From positions 13,082,001 to 13,146,000 of the forward strand of contig OZ024749.1 of NCBI GenBank assembly GCA_964016885.1: 64,000 bases of DNA, read 5' to 3'. Position numbers and translations under genes: made by a program. Under the pieces are notes generated by a model. The model saw only the letters and a list, made by a program, of their open reading frames with translations. It was not told the DNA's origin and searched no databases. The DNA comes from Eledone cirrhosa (taxonomy: Eukaryota). This document shows positions 1-14,222 of the stretch, piece after piece (within the stretch, counting starts at the first letter, position 1; every line of letters begins with the position of its first letter).

Positions 1-1465
1 CATTGGTGCTATTTCTCATGGTCCCCGACATACAAAATCATACAGTAAGCATTGGTGCTATTGTCATTGGTGCCCGACATACAGCATCATATAGAATAGC
101 ATTGGTGCTATTGTCATTGGTCCCCGGCATACAGCATCATATAGAATAGCATTGGTGCTATTGTCATTGGTCCCGGCATACAACATCATATAGATTAGCA
201 TTGGTGCTATTGTTATTGGTCCCCGACATACAGCATCATATAGAATAGCATTGGTGCTATTGTCATTGGTCCCCGACATACAGCATCATATAGAATAGCA
301 TTGGTGCTATTGTTATTGGTCCCCGACATACAGCATCATATAGAATAGCATTGGTGCTATTGTCATTGGTCCCCGACATACAGCATCATATAGAATAGCA
401 TTGGTGCTATTGTTATTGGTCCCCGGCATACAGCATCATATAGAATAGCATTGGTGCTATTGTTATTGCTCCCCGACATACAACATCATATAGAATAGCA
501 TTGGTGCTATTGTCATTGGTCCCCGACATACAGCATCATATAGAATAGCATTGGTGCTATTGTTATTGGTGCCCGACATACAACATCATATAGAATAGCA
601 TTGGTGCTATTTTCATTGGTCCCCGACATACAACATCATATAGAATAGCATTGGTGCTATTTTCATTGGTCCCCGACATACAACATCATATAGAATAGCA
701 TTGGTGCTATTGTTATTGCTCCCCGACATACAGCATCATATAGAATAGCATTGGTGCTATTGTTATTGCTCCCCGACATACAACATCATATAGAATAGCA
801 TTGGTGCTATTGTCATTGGTCCCCGACATACAGCATCATATAGAATAGCATTGGTGCTATTGTCATTGGTCCCCGACATACAACATCATATAGAATATCA
901 TTGGTGCTATTGTCATTGGTCCCCGACATACAGCATCATATAGAATAGGATTGGAGCTATTGTCATTGGTCCCCGACATACAACATCATATAGAATATCA
1001 TTGGTGCTATTGTCATTGGTCCCCGACATACAGCATCATATAGAATAGGATTGGAGCTATTGTCATTGGTCCCCGACATACAACATCATATAGATTAGCA
1101 TTGGTGCTATTGTCATTGGTCCCCGACATACAACATCATATAGAATAGCATTGGTGCTATTGTCATTGGTCCCCGATATACAACATCATATAGAATAGCA
1201 TTGGAGCTATTTTCGTTGGTCCCCGACATACAACATCATATAGAATATCATTGGTGCTATTGTCATTGGTCCCCGACATACAGCATCATATAGAATAGGA
1301 TTGGAGCTATTGTCATTGGTCCCCGACATACAACATCATATAGAATAGCATTGGTGCTATTGTCATTGGTCCCCGATATACAACATCATATAGAATAGCA
1401 TTGGAGCTATTTTCGTTGGTCCCCGACATACAACATCATATAGAATAGCATTGGAGCTATTGTCA
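1..1465. repeat. 50-bp tandem satellite (~29 copies), unit ~CATTGGTCCCCGACATACARCATCATATAGAATAGCATTGGTGCTATTGT
   Basis: CCCCGACATA recurs at 221, 271, 321, 371...; each unit holds the hairpin AATAGCA-TTGG-TGCTATT; array runs off the left window edge. Confidence 0.95.
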
Positions 1466-2445
1466 TCATTACCACCATCACCATCACCACCACCACCGAC
1501 ACTACCACCAACACTACTACCACCACCACTACCACCATCACCACCAACAACACTAGTACCACAACCAACACCACCACCAACACTATTACCACCACTACTG
1601 CTATCACCACCAACGCTATCACCACCAACACTACCACCAACACTACTACCACCACCACCACTACCACCACCACCAACAACACTATCACCACCTCCACCAC
1701 CAACACTATCACCACCACCACCACCACTACCATCAACACTACTACCACTACCTCCACCACCCCCACCAACACTATCACCACCACCAACACTATCACCACC
1801 ACCACCACCACTACCATCGACACCACCACCACAACCATCAACACCACCACCACCACCACCACCACCACCACTACCATCAACACCACCACCATCAACACCA
1901 CCACCACCACAACCATCAACACCACCACCACCACCACCACCACCACCATCACCACCATCACCACCACCACCATCAACACCACCACCACTACCATCAACAC
2001 TACTACCACTACCTCCACCACCACCACCAACACTATCACCACCACCAACACTATCACCACCACCACCACCACTACCATCAACACCACCACCACAACCATC
2101 AACACCACCACCACCACCACCACCACTACCATCAACACCACCACCATCCACACCACCACCACCACAACCATCAACACCACCACCACCACCACCACCACCA
2201 CCATCACCACCATCACCACCACCACCATCAACACCACCACAACCATCAACACCACCACCACTACAATCAATACCACCGCCATCAACACCACCGCCACCAA
2301 CACAGCCACCACCACCACAACCAACACTACCACCACCACTACTACCTCCCCCACCACTACCACGATCACCACCACCGCCAACACTACCACCAACACTACC
2401 ACCACCATACTCCACCACCACCACACTCCACCACCACCACACCAT
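1466..2445. repeat. Degenerate (CCA)n trinucleotide array
   Basis: Direct reading; source of spurious poly-Pro/Gly/Val ORFs. Confidence 0.95.
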
Positions 2446-2901
2446 GATATGGTAGCTACTCTTGGTAGATAACTGATTTAATAAATCAAGGATGTACGCA
2501 CATACACACATACATACACTCACACATACACATATATGTGCATATACACACGCACACACACATATATATATACACACACATATATATACACACATGCACG
2601 CACACATGTACACATACATGCATACACATATGCCCACAGATACACGCATACATGCATACATATATATATATATATACACACAAACATGCAATACACTCAC
2701 CCATAAACACAGATATACACACATACATACATACACACACCCGCACGCACACATATATATTTATATATAAATATATTACATAATTATTTATGAGCATACA
2801 CATACACACATGCTCATACACATACAAACACATACCATTTGCATTGTATATGTAAAATTCATATGAGCGCATACACATACAAGAAATTATTATATATATA
2901 T

Positions 2902-3097
2902 AACAAAGGAATTGTGGTAAGGAACCAGATGGACCATAACGCACCAGAGTACTCAATACTTAGGGTAGTAGAGAGGGAAATAGGAAAAAGTATGACCCCG
3001 ACGGCAGAGCTCAAGCCGTTTCGACGGCTATTTCTGAGTCCAGAAATTGCCGTCGAAACGGCTTGAGCTCTGCCGTCGGGGTCATACGTTTTCCTAT
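2902..3097. mobile_element. Small fold-back insertion of a hammerhead-bearing (PLE pLTR-like) family, between (TA)n tracts
   Basis: Inverted arms 2980-3036/3041-3097 carry the 3' half (GAAA-CGGC..GCCG-TC-GGGGT) of the hammerhead seen whole at 31399; the extra tail 2902-2979 also occurs at 14487-14537. Confidence 0.7.
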
Positions 3098-3660
<563 letters not shown>

Positions 3661-3879
3661 ACATACATGCATCCATACATACACACTGGTGCCTTTGAAA
3701 AGAGAAACGTTCAGGCAAAGAAGCAACATTAAATATCATCCAGGGTGTTCCAAAACATGTATACACATTTATTTGAATGCTATAGAAGTGTGTATACATT
3801 TTTGGGAGACACCCTGTATAATAGTAGGGAATAGCAAAATCAACAACCGAAATCCGGTTACATTGCACGCACTAAAGCT

Positions 3880-4990
3880 GTATAGAACTATTACTCAATA
3901 TAGCTATAGAACCATAGAGCTGTTACACTATACTGCTCTAGAACTAGAGAACTATACAGCTATATATCTATACAGTTATAGAACTATACAACTATAAAAC
4001 TATAGAGCTATAGAATTATAGAGCTATACAGCTATATAGCTATAGAACTATACAGCTATACAGCTATATAGCTATAGAACTATACAGCTAAGGAACCATA
4101 CCGCTATAGAACCATACCCCTATAGAACTACGGTATACTGCTATAGAACTATACAGCTATAGAAACATACCGCTATAGAACCACACCGCTATAGAATAAT
4201 ACAGCTATATAACCACACCGCTATAGAACTATAGAACTATAAAACTATAGAGCTATACAGCTACATAGCTATAGTTCTATACAGCTATAGAACTATAAAA
4301 CTATAGAGCTATACAGCTATATAGCTATAGTTCTATACAGCTATAGAACTATAGAGCTATAGAACTATAGAGCTATAGAACCATACCGCTATAGAACTAT
4401 GCAGCTATAAAACTATAGAGCTATACAGCTATAGAACTATACAGCTATAAAACTATAGAGCTATACAACTATAGAACTATACAGCTATAGGACTATAGAG
4501 CTGTAGCACTATAGAGCTGTAGCACTATAGAGCAAAACGGCTATAGAACTATAGAGCTATAAAACTATAGAGCTATACAACTACATAACTATACAGCTAG
4601 AGAACTATAGAGCTATAGCACTATACAGCTATAGAGCTAAATCTATACAGCTAAACTAAGAAAATCTCAGGCGAGCTGGACAACAGAACGTCTACAGAGA
4701 AGAACATCACCGCCCCCACCTCAAGAGCTATACAGTTATAAAGTTATACAGCTATACAACTGTGTAGTTATAGTGGTAGAGAGCTATAAAGTTATAGGGC
4801 CATAGATCTATATATCTATAGTGGTATACAGCTATATATCTATGGTATTAGTAGCTATACAGCGAGAGTGTTATATAGTTATAGGGCCATAGGTCTATAG
4901 GTATACAGCTATATAACTATGGTATTAACAGCTATGCAGTTTTACAGCAAGAGAGTTATAGAACTATGAAATATACAACTATATAGCTCT
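3880..4990. repeat. Degenerate 9-bp satellite (CTATAGAA-C/CTATACAG-type units)
   Basis: Repeated gctatagaa/ctatacagc/ctatagagc units. Confidence 0.9.
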
Positions 4991-5209
4991 GTTAAAAAAA
5001 GGGTGGGGCGGATGAACTCATCTGAATCAATATCCCTCCCCTAACTATGGGTTAAATAGACTCACCAACCAGAAAATTAGCCAAGCGTGGTGAATACGGC
5101 TACACCTTTGAAGACATGACCAAAACCAAACAGAAAGCGGCGGAAGTCAGTGAACCTAGGCAGTGTTCTTCCAGCAGGAGTGAAAAAGCCCTGAATTAGA
5201 TTAGATTGG

Positions 5210-6360
5210 ATAGAGCTCTAAAGCAACATAGCTCTACGGCTAGCTATAGAACTATACGTACACAGCTATAGGGCTCTAAAATAACAAGGTTCTACATATA
5301 TACGGCTAGCTATTGAACTATAGGTACACAGCTATAAAGCTCTAAAGCAACATAGCTCTACATATATAGGACTAGCTATAGAACTATAGGTACACAGCTA
5401 TAGAGCTCTAAAGCAACATAACTCTACATATATACGGCTAGCTATTGAACTATAGGTACACAGCCATAGAGCTCTAAAGCAACATAGCTCTACATATATA
5501 CGGCTAGCTATTGAACTATAGGTACACAGCCATAGAGCTCTAAAGCAACATAGCTCTACATATATACGGCTAGCTATAGAACTATAGGTACACAGCCATA
5601 GAGCTCTAAAGCAACATAACTCTACATATATACGGCTAGCTATTGAACTATAGGTACACAGCCATAGAGCTCTAAAGCAACATAACTCTACATATATAGG
5701 ACTAGCTATAGAACTATAGGTACACAGCCATAGAGCTCTAAAGCAACATAACTCTACATATATAGGACTAGCTATAGAACTATAGGTACACAGCCATAGA
5801 GCTCTAAAGCAACATAACTCTACATATATAGGACTAGCTATTGAACTATAGGTACACAGCCATAGAGCTCTAAAGCAACATAACTCTACATATATAGGAC
5901 TAGCTATAGAACTATAGGTACACAGCCATAGAGCTCTAAAGCAACATAACTCTACATATATACGGCTAGCTATTGAACTATAGGTACACAGCTATAAAGC
6001 TCTAAAGCAACATAGCTCTACATATATAGGACTAGCTATAGAACTATAGGTACACAGCTATAGAGCTCTAAAGCAACATAACTCTACATATATAGGACTA
6101 GCTATAGAACAATAGGTACACAGCTTTTGAGCTCTAAAGCAACATAGCTCTACATATATACAGCTAGCTATAGAACTATAGGTACACAGCTATAGCGCTC
6201 TAAAGGAACATAACTCTACATATATAGGACTAGCTATAGAACTATAGGTACACAGCTATAGAGCTCTAAAGGAACATAACTCTACATATATAGGACTAGC
6301 TATAGAACTATAGGTACACAGCTATAGCGCTCTAAAACAACAAGGCTCTACATATATAGA
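5210..6360. repeat. 66-bp tandem satellite (~17 copies)
   Basis: CTCTAAAGCAAC recurs at 5340, 5406, 5472...; unit contains the 9-bp motif GCTATAGAACTATAG. Confidence 0.93.
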
Positions 6361-6936
6361 ACTATAGAACTAAACAGCCCATAGAGATTGGTGACTATAA
6401 AGTTATATAACTATAGTGTTATGTTGCTAGAGATTTATACAGCTATAGAGAGGTACACCGCTATGGAGTTCTAAAGCAACGGAGTTCTACACGTATTGAG
6501 TTATAAAACCATAGAACTATAGAACTACACAACGATAGAACTATAGAGCTAAACAGCTATACAAGAAATGGTTTCAAATTGCTAATGCTTAAAATACAAG
6601 ACTGCATGAAGGAATTAGTAAAAAAAACCACACCCAGAGAAATATTCCAAATCCGCACTTCAAAGATGGCGACTATGCAGAGCGGAAGTTATGCTTTTAT
6701 CTCTGGTTCACCATCGGAAACAATCTCCTGAGATCTAGCGTTCTGTGTAAAAGAAATTAAATATAAAGACTGGTGGGATGGATAGATGGATGGTGGTGGT
6801 TCTGGTAAGGGCGGCGGCGGCGGATGGATGGCGGCTGAAGGAGGGGGAGATATCTCAGCAACGGCTGTACTGAAATGTCATCTAAATGGTGGAAATGAGT
6901 GCAGTAAAAAATACTGTATACACACACACACATGTA

Positions 6937-6983
<47 letters not shown>

Positions 6984-7182
6984 TATGTATGTATGCTTGT
7001 GTGCTTGTCTGTGTTTGTGTCTGTTATATCTGCTCAATTTAAGTTTGTTCTAGATATCAAAGGTAGGACTCAATACAAATAACATATTTTTAATAACATT
7101 TTGCTTCCTATATGTCAAATCACTCTATGTAAATATATACGTCGGGTTCGTTGTAATTAATGTATACAGTATGTGTGTGTGC

Positions 7183-7218
<36 letters not shown>

Positions 7219-8340
7219 TGTAAAAATCGTCTTCAGTTATATAACAGAATATTTAATGTTCAGCAACGTAACAACATTATACGTAGAATGTTTAGCTATA
7301 TTACGCGGCTATATATATATACATCTGTATACATACATACATATGTATACATATATTGACACTTCCCATATATATATATAATAGCTGAGCTACCCGGTGA
7401 TACCCGGGTATTTTATGAAAGTTACAATTTATTTGGCACACATTACAAAATATTTGACCATTCAAATATGATTGCTGAATTTTAACCAAAGTAGGAATTA
7501 TAGAAGAATATTTATTGTCGTTTGGTCAAAGTAAATCATCTAGATAAAAATATTAATTTTTTCCAGTGGTGATTTTTTGAATACTGCTCCCTATTACAGT
7601 CAGCATATATAATGCTTTACTCATAGATGAATCATTAGGTATGTTGTCAGGGCATGACCAAAAAAATATATTTAGATTTTTTTTTTTTATCCCTTCCTTT
7701 CTTTTTTTTTTTTTTTTTTTTGTTCAACCTGAACCTCTGAAATTCAAACAACATGTAAAGACCTTAAAAACCATAAATAAAATAATAAAATAAATTTAGC
7801 ATTGGTTTATGATTGAATGAAGCATTTACTTACTCATTTCTTTAATTCGGGAAAAGTGTATTTAAATTTGTACACAGTAGCTTTCACCATTCTTTGCCTC
7901 TATGGCAGTAGGATCTTGTTTGAGGGAGATTTGTTTTCTATTTCTATTAGCTATACCAACAGTTATAGTGGCTCACATGATATACATGGATACATACACA
8001 CACATGTATGTGTGTAAGACAGTTGTTTGTGATTTGAAATGGATTTTGCTAATATTTCTAGTAGATCAAGTTATCACATAGAACCATTCCTTTTTGCTTC
8101 ATACATATATACATACCTGAGAAAGTAAGGTAGGATTTGAAGGAAATTTGGCTGCTATTTCTACCCAACAAAGTCCTCACTTATACTACTTTATATAGTA
8201 GAGGTACCCGGGAATGCCTGCATATTCTTCCAAAGTAACACCATGCAGTAAACTTGCGGCTTCAGAATTCCTTGCAAACTACGTGACTAAGGAATTAGGA
8301 TCTGTGTGTATTGTCATTGAATGAGGAATTACGACATTCC

Positions 8341-11300
8341 TCATTCCAAAGCCTCTGGATAAACAACATTCTTGGTTTTGCCCTGTGGTGTCACAATGAA
8401 GAGACAATCAGGGTTCCCAACCCTTGTTGTGCCAACATAGAGTTGACCATGCGAAAAGACAGGATCTGCCAGATTCAACCCAACGACTTTCAATGATTGC
8501 CCTTGAGATTTATTAATGGTCATGGCAAAACTAAGCCTGATCGGAAATTGAAGTCTTTGAAATTCAAATAGCAAATCAGTTGGTTTCAGAGGTATTCTGG
8601 GAATGAAACAATTGTCACCAGCAAATTTTCCTGACATGATTGCAACTTTTAGAACATTGGACATCATATTTTTGATGATGAGTATTGTGCCATAACAAAG
8701 TTTTGGAGGATCCAGATTGCGAAGTAGCATAACCGATGCTCCAAGCTTCAGTATCAGGTTGTGTGGAGAAATTCCCGCTTGTTCAAGACTGTTCAAAAAT
8801 TCAGTTGGATAGTTTACAACCTGGTCTTGAGAAGTGATTGTAGCATATTTTCTCTCCCGGTAACATCTCCAGCAGCCTTCTGTTGATTTCTTTCACAGCA
8901 ACATTTTTAGATGCTAAGATTGCTCGTTCACAGAGCCATTTCAGATCACATTGTCTGGTCTGAATGTTTGGAAACACTCTGGCAATCAGTTCTTGTTCTG
9001 TGTCAATGATATGGCCAAATGACAACTGAATATGGTCATTGGAGTCCTTTTCAAGAAGTCCATTTCCCAATTTAAGTAGTTGGATGGCAAACTCACTGAC
9101 ACCTTCGTCACCAGTTAAGTGCACTCGCATGTTGGTTGTAAGGCTCAGCAGCTGAAAGTGGGGCCAGAGATAGGATGTTTTCAGACAGGCATTGACCGGA
9201 TCAGCTCGAGTCCCTCGAAGAATTACAGGCTGTGTTTGTCTGAAATCACCAGCAAGAACCATTGTCACTCCTCCCATTATGCAACTATTTTCTCTCAGAT
9301 CCCTTATCGTCCGGTCCAAAGCTTCAATTGCTCCTTTATGGCTCATAGTAGCTTCATCCCAAATTATCATCTTGCATGTTTGCAGAAGCTTGCCCATGGG
9401 TGAGTTCTTGTTGATGTTGCAAAACGATTGTTCATGCCGTGTGAGATATATGGGCAGCTTAAACATGGAGTGTGCAGTTCTTCCTCCATCCAGAAGTGTT
9501 GCTGCAATGCCACTTGAAGCCACAGCAAGGGCAATATGTTGCTTTTGGTGAACCTTTGCAAGCAGGAGGTTTTTGAGGAATGTCTTGCCTGTGCCAGCAG
9601 GAGCATCGAAGGAGAAAAGTCCTCCCTTGTTATTTTGAATGTTTTCGATGATGATGTGGTGGGCGTATTTCTGGTCATCCATCAATCGAGGTTCATTTTT
9701 ATCCACAAACTTACGCAATGCTTGAATTTCGTAGTTTGTCTCCTGAAAAATGTCTTGTGCTACCTCCATTTCTTCATCTGGCTCTGGCCTCCCGCAGTTA
9801 GCTAATGTGCTATTCATTGCCTGAACTCGATGGGACAGGTGACAGAGAGCTTGATTGTAAATTCTGGGGGTATATTCCATATACATATTGCCATGATGAC
9901 TTCGGGCTTGGTGTTGATAGTGGTCCGACATATTGTTTTTGTACTCCTGCCAGAATAAATGAGCTTCATCAATTCCACATGCTGTGAACATAATAGCAAA
10001 TAATTGTCTTATTTGACTGGCTACTTGAGTAATTGCTGCTTCTTCTAGGCACTCACTTCTTCCAGTGTCCATTGTCATGCAGGAGTCCATGCTGTTTACA
10101 TGCTTCTTGGTATGTTGCGCACTCCCTTCCTCTGAAGCACCTAAGATCCTCAAAGGACGTTGGTCTTCGAACAGTATGCAGAAGTAACCGTAAATAAAAA
10201 CATTCTCTGTTGTTGGGATAGACATTGTAAACACGCCCAATAGCATCACTTGACTTGACTTCATGACCTTCCACTAAATGACCTTGCTTTCTTCGATTCC
10301 AGGTCTTGCAATTGGTCCAGGTGTAGTATGTTGGGACTTCAGCATATAGGAGGGATCGAGCAAATTCATCATTCTGGCAGAGTTTAAAGAAAGCAGTTAG
10401 TGTAGTGTCATGTGATGCTTGTGCCAACTGATGAGCAGTGATCTCAGTGAAGTACACTCTCTGTCCATTTTCCAGATGGACTGCGAGGTTGACCACTGTT
10501 GGGTGGCATTGATGGATATCAAATCCAAAGATTCGCCAGATAGCTTCATTGCTGGAGATGTATCGACCTGTTTGATACCGTTTCACCTCATCCAGCCCAC
10601 CATCATTGAGTTCTTTGTCAGTAATAAAAGTAGCCATGTCACTGCCCTTGTTGATATATTTTGTGACATATAGGATTGCCTTGACGGAGCTGCAATACTC
10701 AACATTGATATGAGCTTTTAAAAGTTTGCACAACAATTTGTTGTGTGGGACGACCCACTGATTGTTTATGGTCAGCTCCTCTCCTCGAACTGTTAGGCTT
10801 GCAGTATTGCCTCCATGTTCTGGTCTACGCCTACGATAAAGGGGGTATCCATTATTGTCAGTCCGAGTTTCCCGAATAAACGCTCTAGGATAATGTTTGC
10901 TGCATTTTTTATCTTTCATGCAGGGAGACGCTGGATTGATGACTCTACATGGACCATTAATGAGTTTGGACTTGATGGTTTCAAAGAGCTCTGGATCACC
11001 ACCTTTATCAGGCAACTCTGCTGAAATGATCTTATCAACATCATCTGGTCTTATCTTCTTCTTGCACCAGATTAGTGTGTGAGAGTGAGGAAGACCTCTC
11101 TTCTGCCACTCAATAGTGGTCATCCAAGCACTAAGCTCACCAAAGATTCTTCCTTCTTTTAGGAGCCAGATGAGTTTTTTTTTGCTTTTCATGGAAAACC
11201 CGAGCAATGAGGTCATGTCGATCCTTTGGTTTTTAATTTTGAATTGCATGTAAATGTAATGAAGAGATACGGCCGACGAAATTTTCTGACATAGGCCATT

Positions 11301-12725
11301 GCATCTTGCGTACGTTCATGCATGTAACGTGGTCCTCCAGTGAACCTTGATACTAGTATGACTGGCTGGCCAATATTTCTTGGGTCAACGTCAGAATTGA
11401 TGGCATCTCTAAGGTGGATGTAGTTATCTGCTCTCAACTTAGTTTGATTCCTTCGCAGAAAACCCAATCTTTATGTTTCAATTTTGGCATATATGTCCAC
11501 CATAAACTGGCTGGTTATTTCTTTGAATCGCAGAACTTGGTTGAAGTGATCACGTACCATGAAATGATAAGCATAGAATTATTTGCAACTGATTGATCGG
11601 TCAGTTTCTTGTCCCATTCCTAGGCTGATCTACCGTAGCTGAAAATGATATCCATCTTGACCATTCCAAAAGATAAGCAGATATTGGAGTGAATCTTAGG
11701 CTCTATGAGTTTCACAAATTCGCTCCAAATGTCCACTTTGTTTTTGTAAAACAATGCCACGTCATTCATGCTGTTCATCAACCATTATGATTGCAGCTTC
11801 ATCAGTGACAGGTGCATTGAATCTGCGTTCATGTTCTGAAGCTGGGCGTTTATCTGCCCTAATGATGATTTTACGATCTCTGGTGTTGTTCATATGCTCC
11901 AGTGCATATTTAAATATACTGACGTACATGTGATGTTGGTGAAGCATTTCTTGTAACTTTATGACTATGTAGAACTGCAATCCACCATGGACATTGGTAC
12001 ATCTTTGTTGTGCCTGTGTTTCATTTCCACCCATGAAGTAAACCTGCACAAATGTGTGAGGCTCCTGTGAAAGTGGCAGAAGGCCACCCATTAAGTGGTA
12101 ACACTGTCCCTGAATTTTATAAGTTGTACAGAATCTAATGTCAGTCACATTCCTGTCAGCCCCAAAAGATGTCATTTGAAAGGCATAATTATATTTTATG
12201 GTGTATTTATTGAAGTATCGTGCTTCTGGTGTATGCTGAAGGAGCAGATTCTTCAGAAATTCAGGAGGTTCTTGTATTGTTTTAAGGCTCACTTTGCCTT
12301 TTGAGCAGCATAGACTTGATGTTTCTGCTGTCCACATCTTGGCACCACAATACTGGCAGCATTTGTTCATTTTCCCAATGTTGATTTGTGGATTACTGCT
12401 GTAGTCCTTTTGGGGGTCATAAGAAAAAGTACCCATCAGTCAGTTCATTTTACTTGTGGCTTGTTCTCCTGCTCGGGCAGTAGAACGATGTGCTTGATTA
12501 GCTTTTCGTATGATTTGCTGTTGTTCCTTAATTTGTTGTTCTCGTGTAGCAGCAGTCCTTTGTTCCCTTGCATCCAAACGGTGTGCTCGTGCTAAAGCTA
12601 TTTGGGCTCTGTTAGCAGCTAGACGGGCATGCCGAACTTCTTCACTTTCTTCAGATCGCTGTTTTCTTTCTCTTAACCTCTGAAGATGACCTTCCGTATA
12701 ATGATCTGGAACGTTTCCTAGGCAT
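8341..12725 (-). pseudogene. Helitron Rep/PIF1-family helicase, broken by frameshifts and stops (pieces 12651-12725, 11762-12436, 11213-11467, 10053-11249, 8801-10264, 8341-8796)
   Basis: Rep motifs LFITFTCN, IEWQKRGLPHSH, YVTKYINKG; helicase motifs DAPAGTGKT, IIWDEATM, GDFRQ, QFPIRLSFAMTINKSQGQSL, FSHGQLYV; N-terminal CQYC..CC. Confidence 0.95.
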
Positions 12726-12752
12726 TTGAAGTGATATTATTACACACCACAC

Positions 12753-12815
12753 GATAAAATAAAGTACCAGTAATACACTGGAATAATTGCTGGTCTTGTG
12801 CCAAAAGTAGAAACA
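12753..12815 (+). mobile_element. 5'-truncated SINE (3' part of the Meta-domain-like family) with a 17-bp target-site duplication
   Basis: Matches the 3' end of the 26975 SINE; flanked by ATTATTACACACCACAC at 12736-12752 and 12816-12832. Confidence 0.8.
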
Positions 12816-13080
12816 ATTATTACACACCACACTCTTTCCGAAATAGAAACAACTATAGAATGTATTGTTCACTCAGTAAAGTTGTTTTAAATGATCTCTT
12901 TATATGAATGTATATTTGGGGTAAATTAATTTTAGACATATGTAGAAAATATTGGGATTTCAGATTGTATTCTGAAATTATCATTTTGTATCCCCCCCCC
13001 CCAAAAAAAAAAAACGACAAACACTACAAAAAAAATATTTTCGTGTTAATTCAAATAACAGCGGAAAATAATATATTCAA

Positions 13081-13269
13081 ATAATTGTTTCTACTTTAGG
13101 CACAAGGCCAGCAAATACCTAGTACATTACTGGTACTTTATTTTATCGACCCCGTAAGGATGAAAGGCAAAGTTAACCTCGGCGGGATTTGAACTCAGAC
13201 TGTAAAGGGACGTAACTATGCTAGAAAGCATGGCGTCCGACCCTCTACCGATACTGCCAATCCACCGTC
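13081..13269 (-). mobile_element. tRNA-derived SINE with Meta-domain-like core
   Basis: B-box GAGTTCAAATCCC and core GCCTTTCATCCTTACGGGGTCGATAAAATAAAGTACCAG on minus; homologous to 26975-27166. Confidence 0.85.
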
Positions 13270-14144
13270 AAATAATATCTTTTAAAAATACCGTTTTTTT
13301 TTTGTCCGTTAAATACATACATATATACAACTTCTATAAAAGCATCTGTGATTTCTTTAGACATATGTAGAAAATAAACTTTGATGGTAACATATATCGT
13401 CTGCTAAAGAATGCCCCCCCCCCCCTCCCCCATAACACACTTATGTGTGTGTAAATATATATATATAAACACGGACACACGTTAGGTAAAGAATCCCTCC
13501 AATCACCCTCCCTCTCTTCTGCCTCTTTACTTTTTTTTCTCTCTCCCATCTTTTCTCTTTTCTTATTGTCTTTCACTCCCCATCCGCCTCATTCCCTTTA
13601 TCTTTCTTTCTCTCTCTCATCCTCTACAGAATAACGAACAAAAAATAAATAAAAGATAAATAACATTGGGAGAGTTAAGAAGTGTGTAAAAATAATAAAT
13701 AAATAAAAGTTAATGAACGCTGGCTGCTTTCCCTCTCTCTCTCCCATCCCATTACTCTCTCTCTCTCACACACACACCCTCTCTCTACAGAATAGAGAAC
13801 AAAAAATAAAGAAAAGATAAATAACGTTAACGAAGCGGGAGAGTTAAAAAGTATGTAAAAATAATAAATAAATAAAAGTTAACAACGCTGGAAGCTTTCC
13901 CTCTCTCTCTCTTTCATCGTCTTTCTCTCTCTCATCCCCTTACTCTCTTTCTTTCTCTCTCACATCCCCTTACTCTCTCTCCCATCTCCTACTCTCTCTC
14001 TCTTTCTCTCTCATACCTTACTCTCTTTCTTTCTCTCTCACATCCCCTTAGTCTCTCTCTCCCATCCACTCACTCTCTCTCTTTCTCTCTCATCCCCTTA
14101 CTCTCTCTCCCATCTCCCACTCTCTCTCTTTCTTTCTCATCCCT

Positions 14145-14222
<78 letters not shown>

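Noticed and set aside
1-1465. CRISPR-like appearance (hairpin-containing regular repeat)
   Set aside because: No unique spacers, no cas genes, eukaryotic context; plain satellite
1363-2754. Long Gly/Pro/Val-rich ORFs (also 53768-54836 and 61119-63377)
   Set aside because: Stop-free only because of (CCA/GGT)n; open in several frames and on both strands
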